Origin: Blastocladiella emersonii ATCC 22665 | Lineage: Eukaryota > Fungi > Blastocladiomycota | Reading direction: 5' to 3' | Length of the DNA: 64,000 nucleotides | Assembly (NCBI GenBank): GCA_025594325.1 | Contig: JANHCV010000001.1 | Location: 3,534,001-3,598,000 of the forward strand | Shown here: one piece after another, positions 55,259-64,000 of the stretch | Layout of the letters: each line of letters starts with the position of its first letter | Position numbering within the stretch: position 1 is the first letter of the stretch | Notes under the pieces: generated by a model | Database searches by the model: none | What the model was told of the DNA's origin: nothing | What the model saw: only the letters and a program-made list of their open reading frames with translations | Position numbers and translations under genes: made by a program

Positions 55259-57715
55259 ATGGAACCGATTCGGGAAGCCATCCGCCGCATGAGCGTGGAC
55301 CGCCTCGATCCTTCGTCGCCGGTAGGTGAAAAGCTCCTCAACGCAACATCGCCCGTTCTCGATGCACTCGCAACAGTTCGAGTTTCCGCGAGCCAGCTGG
55401 TCGAGGGCCGCCGGCCGTCGCAATCGCAGCTCGAGCAGGTGCCGCCGGTCGTGTCGCGCACGGCCGCGAGCGGGAGCGTGTCCAATGTCTCCTCCATCCA
55501 CGCCCAGGAGGGATCGCTGTACAGCGCTCACGTTACACGGCCCGCTGTCTTCGCCCTCCGAAGGGTACGTCGTCGCCACGCGTGCACTTAAGCTCAGCCC
55601 GTCGCTTACCCGGCCCCGGCCGATCGCAGAGCCCGCGCCGACTCGATCCGCGCAAGCAGTCCGACTACCTGCCCGAGCTCACCGAGGATATCGACATGTC
55701 CGTCGATCCGGCCTCGCTGGACCCGTTCCTGCTCGCGCTCTCGGTTGTCGAATTCCAGCCGCTCGTTTTTCTGCGCGAGTTCTGCCTCCACGCGATGCAG
55801 CATCTTTCTCTCCTCCTGCTCCTGACACACCGGAAACGCGTATTAGCCTACAACCGCGAGTTCATCGGCTGGACCTTTGGGTGCTTCCTCCAGTGGACCA
55901 TGTTTGGATTCATGATGACTTGCGTCGCCATCTTCTTTTGGGACCGTCCCGAGCAGCTCGGGTGGGACGAGCTCGCCATCACCGGTCTTCTTTTCGTGTT
56001 CCGCCACGCCGTCATCGCCTTCAAGTACGCCTTTACGTCGCCCATCGAGCTGCAGCGCATGGAGGAGGAGCTCGAGTCGACCGAGGCCAAGAAGCAGCGT
56101 CAGGGTACGGTTCTACTCCTCGCCGCTCCGCTCGTCGCGCTGACCAGGTACAACTGATCGTATAGTTCTCACGGGATGGAGTCGCCCCAACAAGGAGCTT
56201 GTGCAACGCGAGATCCTGCTCGCGTCCGTGCGCCAGTGGCTCGACCTCACGCAGGGCTACTTTTACGTCAAGAAGGAGCGAGGTAGCGAGCCGAGTCGCA
56301 CCGATGGCGCCGCGCCAGTCCGCCCCGAGGACATTGCCGTCGTCAACGACCTCCACGTACGGTACGCGGCGTACCTCGAGCAACACCAGCAGGCGCCCTG
56401 TGCCACGCCTACGCCCATGGCCAACTGCGGAAAGCCGCGCGACCTGCGCGAGGTGCCCGACCGCGTCGCCGTGTGGAACGTGATCAACGAGCTGATCGAA
56501 GAGTGCCATCGCTCGGTCAAGTCCATGGAGACGAGGTTAATTCCAGGTACGACCACGCCTACAGCGACCCGCAACCGCTGCGATCTGACTATACGCTCGG
56601 TTCTCGATCTAGCCGTCATCTTCTGCGCTATCCCGTTCGCCGTCCGATGGTGGTACGGGCAGTACGTGGTCGCGGGAACGCGGTGGACGGCGTACGCTTA
56701 CGCAGTCGCCTCGGTCTCGGTCAACTTCCTGATGGTCATGTCCAACGTGGGCTTCGTGCACGTTTGGTACGCTCTCGAACATGCAATATAGCGTCCCGAG
56801 CTGACTCGCGACATGTAGCCTGATCGACTTCCAGCGGCGCGAGTACCTCTTCACGCGGCTCAAGGCGATCCTGCTCGACGGCTTCGTTCGCGACGGCCTC
56901 ACGTCGAGCACGCGAACCAGCGACGGGAATCAGGAGAGCACCTCCGTCGTATCGGACCGCAAGGAGCCGACGGCCGTGTCCAACGGCGAGCCACCAGCAG
57001 CAACGGCTGACGGCGAGCCTAGCGCGTCAGGCGGCTCGAGTCCGGACGACCAGTGCAACCTCATCCAACTCGACATGGACTCGAGCCACAACCTTTTGAT
57101 GTGGTGGTACACCCGCCAGATCCTCCAGGACTACGGCAAAGTGTACCTGATGAGGCTGCAGTGTTACTGTGGCACTTTCATCGTCCTCGCGCTGATTCTT
57201 GGGATCATCTTGCTACTGTTCGTGTTCGACAAGCTCAAGACGGTCACGGCGGCGGGCCTCTACTGCGCCGTGTGGATCGTCATCGTCATCTTCGTCGCGC
57301 TCTTCCGCGCGCTGTACGACGGCCTCAACGCCAACTACGTCCGCAAGCAACACTCGCACGTCCTGTTCCGCAAGTCGGTCCGTGCACGCCTCGCGGTCCG
57401 TTGCGCTCGAGCAAGCTGACCGTCCACCGAAACATATAGATCATCCTGTCGACGCGTGCCGAACGCATGCGCGCCAAGAACCGCGAGCGGTCGGCCGAGG
57501 TCAAGGATGCGGCCAACCTGTGCTGGGTCCTCGCGCAGGCGTGTCAAGACGACGAAGAGGCGGGTGCGCTACGCGTCCTCGGGCTACCGTGTAGCCCCGA
57601 GCTTGTCACGTCGTTCGGGAGTATAGCAGTTGCGGCGCTGTCGGCCGGGATGCAGACGATCAGGTCGGGCTCGTTTGGGGTCGTGCCACCTCCGGGTCTC
57701 GGCGGCACGTCTTAG
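55259..57715 (+). CDS. Multi-pass membrane protein, PHTF/gustatory-receptor-like 7TM ion-channel candidate (paralog B), about 716 aa. Exons 55259-55564, 55630-56104, 56166-56546, 56613-56766, 56819-57377, 57440-57715
   Basis: Spliced CDS of 2151 nt is in frame. Shares VDP..LDP.L.ALSV, FLREF, TGW..P.K.LV...ILLAS.RQ, DFQRR.YLF.RL.AIL.DGFVR, LDM..SHNLL.WW..R, AAN.CWVLA..C..D.E...LRVLG with paralog A. Confidence 0.8.
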
Positions 57716-58409
57716 CCACGAATACATTGCGTGGGTCATGAACCAACCTGGCCGCGCTCGAGGGGGCCGAGCCGACGCGTCGAACAAACACGTGAGCGGG
57801 GGCGAGACAGTGTGCTGACAGGGGGAGCCGACTCGGCCTCGATCTGGACATGGCAAGTCCGGATTCCCCGGCGACAGCCGGGTGACTCCAACGCGTCGAA
57901 CAGGGCTGATGGGTGTGACAGGGGCCTGTCGGCCCCGCCTGGTGTGCTGATCGGCTGGCGTTCGGTTTCGCTGGCCGCGAACGACTTTTATGCTCCCTCA
58001 CTTGCTCCCACCACCCCGCAACCATGAAGTCGCCTGCTCCCTGCAATGCACTCGAATGGATCACGGCCGTCGCCTGCGCCACACCACGATGAGGGCCATC
58101 CTGCGCTATGGAGAGGAAACGGCATCCACCTGCTCTAGCTCGGCTGTTCGTCAGCAGCGGCGGCTTGAAGAACTTGACACGACACCGAGCAGTGATCCGC
58201 AGCGCTTCCGCAGCGAGTCCACTCGTGTGGGTCGGTGCTGCCGAACCGCGGACCGCTGCGCGCCTTGCGGTGAGCGGTCGAGCTCGACGGGTCGGTCGGC
58301 CGCTGCTGAAACGACGCGACGGCTTCGTGGGGGTGAGCGACAATTTTTAGCGACGCGTCTCTCTACTCCGAGTCGGAATCGTCGGTGAGCGAACGAACGA
58401 GCGAAGAAG

Positions 58410-58417
58410 TATAAGAA
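58410..58417 (+). promoter_or_regulatory. TATA box candidate for the Gln-Ser repeat gene
   Basis: TATAAGAA about 110 nt upstream of ATG 58522, followed by a (CAC)n leader ending in CCAAG-ATG. Confidence 0.5.
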
Positions 58418-58521
58418 CATGGCGTGCCCCGGCTTCCCCTTCCACTTGATCAGCACCCTCAGCAGCTTTCTTGACCACCGCTCGCTCCCTCAACACTGCC
58501 ACCACCACCACCACCACCAAG

Positions 58522-59307
58522 ATGACCTTCTGCGCCCCGATCCACGTCCCCGCCGTCCAGACCCAGTCGCAGTCGCAGTCGCAGGCCCAGTTTGGCGGCC
58601 ACGGCGCTCAGTCGCAGTCGCAGTCGCAGTCGCAGACCCAGTTCGGCCACGGCTCGGGCGCCCAGCAGCAGTCGCAGTCGCAGTCGCAGTCGCAGTCGCA
58701 GTCGCAGTCCCAGTTTGGCGGCGACGCCGTGCAGTCGCAGTCCCAGTCGCAGTCGCAGTCGCAGTTCCAGGGCCACCACTCGGTCGACCAGGCCCAGTCC
58801 CAGTCGCAGACCCAGTTCGGCCACGGCCACGGTGCCCAGCAGCAGTCGCAGTCGCAGTCCCAGTCGCAGTGGGGCAACGGCCACGGCGACGCCGCTCAGT
58901 CGCAGTCGCAGTCGCAGTTCCAGGGCAACTGGGGCAACCATCACTCGGTCGACCAGACCCAGTCGCAGTCGCAGGCCCAGTTCGGCGGTCACGGTGCTCA
59001 GTCGCAGTCCCAGCAGCAGTCGCAGACTCAGTGGGGCACCGGCCACGGCGACGCCGCGCAGCACCAGTCGCAGTCGCAGGGCCAGTGGTCCAACGGCCAC
59101 GGCGACGCGTTCCAGTCGCAGTCGCAGTCGCAGACCCAGTTCCAGGGCCACCACTCGGCCGACGGCTTCGTTGGCGGCAACCCCGCCACCTGGGGTCCCT
59201 CGGGCGACTGCAGCACCACCGGCAACGGCGGCGACATGCACATCATGCCCATCAACAACAACGACTGCGACGTGACGATCCTGCCCATCAACCACGGCTG
59301 CTGCTAA
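58522..59307 (+). CDS. Uncharacterised Gln-Ser/Gly-His repeat protein, 261 aa, intronless
   Basis: ATG in good context; 11 units of (QS)n-Q-[F/W]-G-x-(G/H)-H; unique N- and C-terminal caps with 5 Cys, ending in GCC; GC3-biased codons. Confidence 0.8.
   Translation: MTFCAPIHVPAVQTQSQSQSQAQFGGHGAQSQSQSQSQTQFGHGSGAQQQSQSQSQSQSQSQSQFGGDAVQSQSQSQSQSQFQGHHSVDQAQSQSQTQFGHGHGAQQQSQSQSQSQWGNGHGDAAQSQSQSQFQGNWGNHHSVDQTQSQSQAQFGGHGAQSQSQQQSQTQWGTGHGDAAQHQSQSQGQWSNGHGDAFQSQSQSQTQFQGHHSADGFVGGNPATWGPSGDCSTTGNGGDMHIMPINNNDCDVTILPINHGCC
58558..59163 (+). repeat. Coding tandem repeats built on the CAGTCG hexamer
   Basis: Runs of CAGTCG/CAGTCC separated by CAGTT[C/T]GGC/CAGTGGGGC...GGCCAC spacers. Confidence 0.9.
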
Positions 59308-59941
59308 GCGAAGTGGTCGACGGTCGAATCAGTCGCGGACCAGCTTTTCGACCTCGTAGTCGCGATCTTGTTGTCCCATACTTGTCCGCAAAGTAATCCA
59401 TAGCCCCCTGTTCCCCGCAATCTATGTTCTTCCTTGCTCACTCCCCTCCTGCTCCTTGATCATGCCCAGTCCCGCTCACCTTTGGCCTCCCTCTCGAGCA
59501 GGCTCACCGCGATGGACGACCGTGTGTGACGACACGGATCAGGTTACGCGCAACGTGCTCGAAGCCATGATCGTCAGCAAGGCGTTGCGAACAACACGGG
59601 CAGTGGAGAGCGGGAGAGAAGCGCGCCCTTGGCGGTGGCGTCGCACTCAAAACAGACGCGTCGAGGCGGCCGGCGTGACCGCGAACATGAACGCCCAGCC
59701 TGAGGCGCCCCCGCTCCTCGATCCTCCCCACATACTCCTCCGCCCCTAACCCCTCTCGACGCAAGGGCCTCTCGCTGACTTGCTGCACTGAATCCGTCTG
59801 CGCGCGGCCGCCCAACTCGACTAATCCGACGCGTGCACCGATCGCACGGGTGCGGTCTCCCGCCGCGCCACATGATGTATTACGCGCCTGATCCGAGCTC
59901 TTGCTGCCATATAGCCCCCACCACTACACACTTCAGCCACC

Positions 59942-62905
59942 ATGGACGACCTCGCCGACCTCGTCTGGCAGAGCGCCGGCGTCAAGAAACCGCCATCGTC
60001 GACGGCGGGCGTGCCGCTCTCGCAGCTCGCCGCCGCGGGTCCCCGCGCGCCCGCCATGGGCGCCGGCGTGCCGATGCAGCCCGCAACGGGCTCGAGCCCG
60101 CGCTACGCTGGCGCCGGGATCTCGCCCTCGGCCATGTCCGCGCTCCCGAGCATGACCGCGCAGCCCGTGCCCGCGCCCATGTCGGCCGCCGCCATGGGCG
60201 GTGCTGCGCCACAGTACGGCGCGGCGCCCTCGGCCGCGTCCAACTTCCGCCCAACCGGCGCCCTCGGGCTCTCGGGCACCTCGGTCGCGGCCGCCGCCGT
60301 GCGCCCCGTCGCAGCTGCTGCCCCAGCACCCGCCTCGACGTCCTCGGGCGACCCGTTCGGCTCTCTCGTCAGCTTCGGCGGTAACGCCAAGCCCACGGCC
60401 AACATGTCGCTCGCCGAGCAGATGCGCCTCAAGCAGCAGCAGCAACAGCAGCAGCAGATGCAGCCCATGGGCTTCGCCATGGTCCGCGGCCCGTCGCCCG
60501 CGGTCGGCGGGCAGTCAGCGTCGCCGAGCTCGCTCGCGAACGCGGACCTCAGCTTCCTCGACTCGCTCGGCGGCGGCGGTACCGCCACGACGACCGCGAC
60601 GTCGGCCGGTCCGTCCAAGGCCGGAAGCCCGCTCGCGCCCATGAACGGCGGCGGGTTTGCGCCCCCGCCCGGCTCCAGCGCTCTGCTGTTCGCTGCGCCC
60701 GCTGCCCCTGCTGCTCCCGCCGCGGCTGCCGATCCGTGGGACCTGCTCCTCGGCGGCGCGCCTCCCGCGACCGTCGCTGCCCCACCCGCTCCCGTCGCGC
60801 CGCTGACCGGCGGCCGCATGACGCCGCCCGGCTCATCGACGCCCGGCGCGAACGACGTGCAGCTCCTCGACGACTTTTTCGGCAGCCCGATCAAGAAGCC
60901 GCCAGTCCCCGCGCCCGCGCCTGCTCCCGCGCCGGCTCCCGTGGCGGCGGCGGCACCCGTCATCCCACCGCGCCCCTCGTCGGCTGGCCGCGCGACCCCG
61001 CCCTCGCGCCAGTCGCCGCCCGTCCCGCGCCGTGCCGCCCCCGCTGCGACACGCGACGAGCCCCCGCGCACAGCCGCCGCGTCGCCCAAGCCGCCTGCCT
61101 TCGACGAGAAGCTCGCCAAGATGATCGAGATCGGGTTCGACCCCGAGATGTCGGCCGAGGCGCTGCGCGCGTGCGAAGGGAACCTCGAGGCCGCCGTGCA
61201 GCTCGTCTTCAACCAGATGCCCACGCGCGGCGCCTCGCCCGGGCCCTCCAAGCAGTCGTCGAGCGGCGGCGGTAGCGGTGGTGGGTCCCTGTTTGGCAAG
61301 GCCACGTCGCTGCTCAACAAGTCCAAGGCCATGGTGCAGTCCAAGGTCGGCGAGCTCAAGGAGCAGGGCGCCGGCACCGTGTTCGCGAACGTCGTCAACG
61401 TCGTCCAGTCCAAGCTCGAGCAGCTCAACACGGCCGGCAGCCCGTCGTCGGGGTCGCGCCGCGACGGCGACTACGGGTACGGCCACGACGACGAGGACGA
61501 CGAGGGCGACTGGGAGCGCCGCCGCGACCCCGGATACCGCCCGTACTCGGACAACCCCGCGTCCGCCGGCGCGTCTAACGAAAACCTCGGCGGCTACGGC
61601 CTGCAGCAGCAGCAGGCGTCCCCGCCCACATCCCGCGCACCTGCACCGGCACCGGCCGGGGCACGGCCTAAGCCTGCTGCCGCGCAGCCGCCGCAGGCCA
61701 ACCTCCTCGACACGGCCGCCGACTCGCCGTCGTCGGGCTACGTCCCGCCGACCGCTGCCGCCGCTGCTGCTGCCCCTCGCGCCGCGACGCCCGCTCCGGC
61801 CCCCACGCCCGCGCCCGCGCCCAAGGTCCGCCCGGCGCCTGTCGCGTGCGACCCGATGTCGTGGGACCAGTGCACGCTGACCAAGACGCGGGGCAACGAC
61901 GCGTACAAGCTCGGGCAGTACCACGACGCGGTGGCCGAGTACGCGGCGGCCATCGCGCTTCTCCCGGCCAACCACCTCGCGCTCGTCGCCCTGTACAACA
62001 ACCGCGCCGCCGCCGAGCTCAAGACGGGCGAGTACAAGGAGTGCATCGCCGACGCCGAAGCCGTGCGCCGCATCGTCGACTTCTACGGCGGGATCGCCGG
62101 AAACGACGACGCCATCAACGACCCCGCGTCGCAGACCGCCGTCGCCTACGCCGACGTCGCCAAGTCGCTCCTCCGCCAGGCCGCCGCGCTCGAGGCCCTC
62201 GAAAAGTACCAGGCCGCCAAGGACATGTACGCCGGCGTCCTCGCCCACGACGCGCGGAACAAGGTCGCCATGGAGGGCATGGCGCGCTGCTCCCGTGCCC
62301 TCAACCCGTCGCCCGTCGCGCAGCAGAAGTCGGCCGCCGCGTCCCCGGCGCCCACGTCGCTGCTCGGACCCGAGCCCGCTGCCGCAACCGCGGCGCCGTC
62401 GGTCGTGTCCATGTTCGACACCCTCGCTCCTCCCGCCGCCTCCACCGCGACCACCGCCCCGGCGGGCGTCGCGCTGAATCCGGACGGCCAGCCGGCAGCG
62501 CCCGAGGCCAAGGAGATGTCGCACGCCGAGGTCGCGCAGTCGACGGCGGTGCAGGAGATGCGCGCCGCGGACCGCGCGGCCGAGGTCGAGGCGGACCGCG
62601 CCTTCGCGCTCAAGGACCAGGTCGACGCGGCCATCGCGGCGTGGCGCACGGGCAAGGAGGGCAACCTGCGCGCGCTCCTCGCGTCGCTCGAGACGGTGCT
62701 GTGGGCTGACCTCAAGTGGCAGAAGGTGACGCTCGCCGAGCTCATCACGCCCGCCCAGGTCAAGGTGCGCTACCTCAAGGCGATCGCCAAGCTGCACCCG
62801 GACAAGCTCGCGACGACCGACGTCGAGCACAAGCTGATCGCCGCCGCCGTGTTCGTGTCGCTCAACGAGGCGTGGGACGCGTTCCGCGCTCAGAACGGCA
62901 TGTGA
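59942..62905 (+). CDS. SWA2: Auxilin-like clathrin-uncoating factor Swa2 (UBA-TPR-J), 987 aa, intronless
   Basis: MDDLADLVW, DPFGSL/DPW motifs, UBA (LAKMIEIGFDPEMSAEAL), TPR (KTRGNDAYKLGQY...LYNNRAAA), J domain GKEGNLRALLASL...AIAKLHPDKL. Confidence 0.92.
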   Translation: MDDLADLVWQSAGVKKPPSSTAGVPLSQLAAAGPRAPAMGAGVPMQPATGSSPRYAGAGISPSAMSALPSMTAQPVPAPMSAAAMGGAAPQYGAAPSAASNFRPTGALGLSGTSVAAAAVRPVAAAAPAPASTSSGDPFGSLVSFGGNAKPTANMSLAEQMRLKQQQQQQQQMQPMGFAMVRGPSPAVGGQSASPSSLANADLSFLDSLGGGGTATTTATSAGPSKAGSPLAPMNGGGFAPPPGSSALLFAAPAAPAAPAAAADPWDLLLGGAPPATVAAPPAPVAPLTGGRMTPPGSSTPGANDVQLLDDFFGSPIKKPPVPAPAPAPAPAPVAAAAPVIPPRPSSAGRATPPSRQSPPVPRRAAPAATRDEPPRTAAASPKPPAFDEKLAKMIEIGFDPEMSAEALRACEGNLEAAVQLVFNQMPTRGASPGPSKQSSSGGGSGGGSLFGKATSLLNKSKAMVQSKVGELKEQGAGTVFANVVNVVQSKLEQLNTAGSPSSGSRRDGDYGYGHDDEDDEGDWERRRDPGYRPYSDNPASAGASNENLGGYGLQQQQASPPTSRAPAPAPAGARPKPAAAQPPQANLLDTAADSPSSGYVPPTAAAAAAAPRAATPAPAPTPAPAPKVRPAPVACDPMSWDQCTLTKTRGNDAYKLGQYHDAVAEYAAAIALLPANHLALVALYNNRAAAELKTGEYKECIADAEAVRRIVDFYGGIAGNDDAINDPASQTAVAYADVAKSLLRQAAALEALEKYQAAKDMYAGVLAHDARNKVAMEGMARCSRALNPSPVAQQKSAAASPAPTSLLGPEPAAATAAPSVVSMFDTLAPPAASTATTAPAGVALNPDGQPAAPEAKEMSHAEVAQSTAVQEMRAADRAAEVEADRAFALKDQVDAAIAAWRTGKEGNLRALLASLETVLWADLKWQKVTLAELITPAQVKVRYLKAIAKLHPDKLATTDVEHKLIAAAVFVSLNEAWDAFRAQNGM

Positions 62906-63023
62906 TGACGATGGATCGAGACGATAGTCGGATGGAGACTAAGAAACATATATGCGCAACACAATATAAACAAGCACAAAATCACATACACTACTACGGC
63001 GCGCCGCCGGGCCGGGCCAGGCC

Positions 63024-64000
63024 TCAGTGCGCGCGGACCGCCTGCAGGGGCTGCAGCACGTCGAACGAGCCGGTTCCGCCCTCGACGACCTTGCCGACGA
63101 CGATGCGGGCCGACGGCGAGTTGATGGCGTCGAAATCGCCGGCCATGGTCGCGGACGTGAGGAACCCGCACGTGGTCTCGTACGACATCTGGAGGAACGG
63201 CGACGGGTTGGAGCCCATGCCGATGCGGTTGAAGGGCTTGTAGCCGCCCTCGAACGTCATGTAGTCGGCGATGAGCGACAGGTGGCGCTTGTCGACCGAG
63301 ATGCCGTACACGTCGAAGACGCCGCCGATCTCGCGGATGATGGCGGCGCGCGCCGCCTCGACACCGTACACGCGCAGGATCGCCGCAATGTCGTTGGTGT
63401 AGATGGACGTCTCGTCGATCACGTCGGCGTGCTCCCACATGCCGTGGATGTTGACGCCCTCGGTCGCCACGCGCATCGCCGTGTCGTCGGCCGCCTCGTT
63501 CTGCGACGCAAAGCACCGGTCGATGCCCTCGAGCTCGTGCAGGATCGTCTTGTGCACCGCCTGCTCGGCGAGCTGCACCATCATGAGCTTCTTCCACTCG
63601 CCCGGCAGCGACAGCTCCACCTCGAACCACGCGCCGTCCTTGAGGTCAAACGACATGGCCGTCACGAACGACGTGGCCGCCATGGCCATGTTGGTCTTGG
63701 CCTTGTCCTCGGCCGACTCGGTCGCGGGGGCAGCCGACTCGTCGTCCTCGCTGTCCGAGTCCGAGTCCGAGTCGCGGTTGATCTGCTTGCGGATCTCGAC
63801 ATCCTCGTCGTCCTCCTCGTACGACGCGAGCTCCTTGCGGCGGCTCGAGTACTTGGACGCGGACGCGTCGCCGTCGCCGCCCTCGTCGTCCGAGTTGTCC
63901 TCGTCCTCGTCGTCGACGTTGGCCGCGTCGGCCTTGGCGGCGGCGCGCTTGGACTTGGGCGCGGGGGCCGCGTCCTCGTCGTCGCTGTCGGCGCCGGCGG
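63024..64000 (-). CDS. RPA1: RNA polymerase I largest subunit, C-terminal part (5' truncated by window edge)
   Basis: Acidic loop, TEGVNI, YTNDIAAILRVYGVEAARAAIIREI..VF.VYGI.VD.RHLSLIADYMTFEGGYKPFNR, MSYETT, SPSARIVVG..V.GGTGSFD. Confidence 0.96.
   Translation of the reverse strand, partial: AGADSDDEDAAPAPKSKRAAAKADAANVDDEDEDNSDDEGGDGDASASKYSSRRKELASYEEDDEDVEIRKQINRDSDSDSDSEDDESAAPATESAEDKAKTNMAMAATSFVTAMSFDLKDGAWFEVELSLPGEWKKLMMVQLAEQAVHKTILHELEGIDRCFASQNEAADDTAMRVATEGVNIHGMWEHADVIDETSIYTNDIAAILRVYGVEAARAAIIREIGGVFDVYGISVDKRHLSLIADYMTFEGGYKPFNRIGMGSNPSPFLQMSYETTCGFLTSATMAGDFDAINSPSARIVVGKVVEGGTGSFDVLQPLQAVRAH

Noticed and set aside
55322-55376. Possible extra intron near the start of paralog B (GTAGGT or GTGAAA ... 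CAACAG)
   Set aside because: The GTAGGT option frameshifts. The GTGAAA option is 3n and unnecessary because the unspliced frame already aligns with paralog A (GSLY).
57716-58400. Short ORFs between paralog B and the Gln-Ser gene
   Set aside because: No codon bias or motifs; most likely UTR and promoter sequence.
58558-59163. Regular repeats that might be taken for a CRISPR array
   Set aside because: Eukaryotic, in-frame coding hexamer repeats with no constant repeat plus unique spacer structure and no cas genes.
58459-59295. Antisense (LR)n and (CD)n ORFs over the Gln-Ser gene
   Set aside because: These are other frames of the CAGTCG repeat. Only the QS frame has a Kozak-like ATG, an upstream TATA box and coherent end caps.
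32651-62905. Apparent enrichment of endolysosomal genes (MGRN1-like, PQ-loop, Tag1-like, VPS28, UBL3, SWA2)
   Set aside because: They are interspersed with unrelated housekeeping genes and the category is broad, so this is consistent with chance.

Overview
Gene-dense, very GC-rich eukaryotic DNA from a flagellated (zoosporic) fungus. The taxon is an inference: an axonemal dynein occurs alongside fungal-type Pho87/91, Swa2, Som1, Hsp12 and Tag1-like genes, which fits Blastocladiomycota (Allomyces-like) best. I spliced genes by hand (mostly 45-100 nt GT-AG introns, donors GTACG/GTGCG) and support about 27 protein-coding genes. In order: TRM1, RAC1, a 4098-aa inner-arm dynein heavy chain, ACAD8, SF3B5, STIMATE/TMEM110, BCKDHB, UTP21, an SPX phosphate permease, an MGRN1-like RING ligase, a PQ-loop transporter, a secreted/GPI-type HExxH protein, PRP38, a TCERG1-like protein, DNAJC9, an Nsl1-like protein, a Tag1-like protein, VPS28, SOM1, CNOT9, the first of two paralogous multi-pass membrane proteins, HSP12, UBL3, the second paralog, a Gln-Ser repeat protein, SWA2 and the 3' end of RPA1. 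No rRNA, tRNA, CRISPR array or intact transposon was recognisable. Highlights: (1) two divergently oriented paralogs whose topology and motifs resemble PHTF / the insect odorant-gustatory receptor (7TM ion channel) superfamily, which makes them candidate zoospore or gamete chemoreceptors; (2) an 11-repeat (QS)n-[F/W]-G-H protein with no Lys, Arg, Glu or Tyr that looks like a functional amyloid or beta-solenoid; (3) an AC/GT inverted-repeat bridge across the 876-nt RAC1 intron; (4) a Hub1-binding HIND motif on Prp38, and ATG-only first exons in two spliceosomal genes. All family assignments come from motif recall, not database searches.
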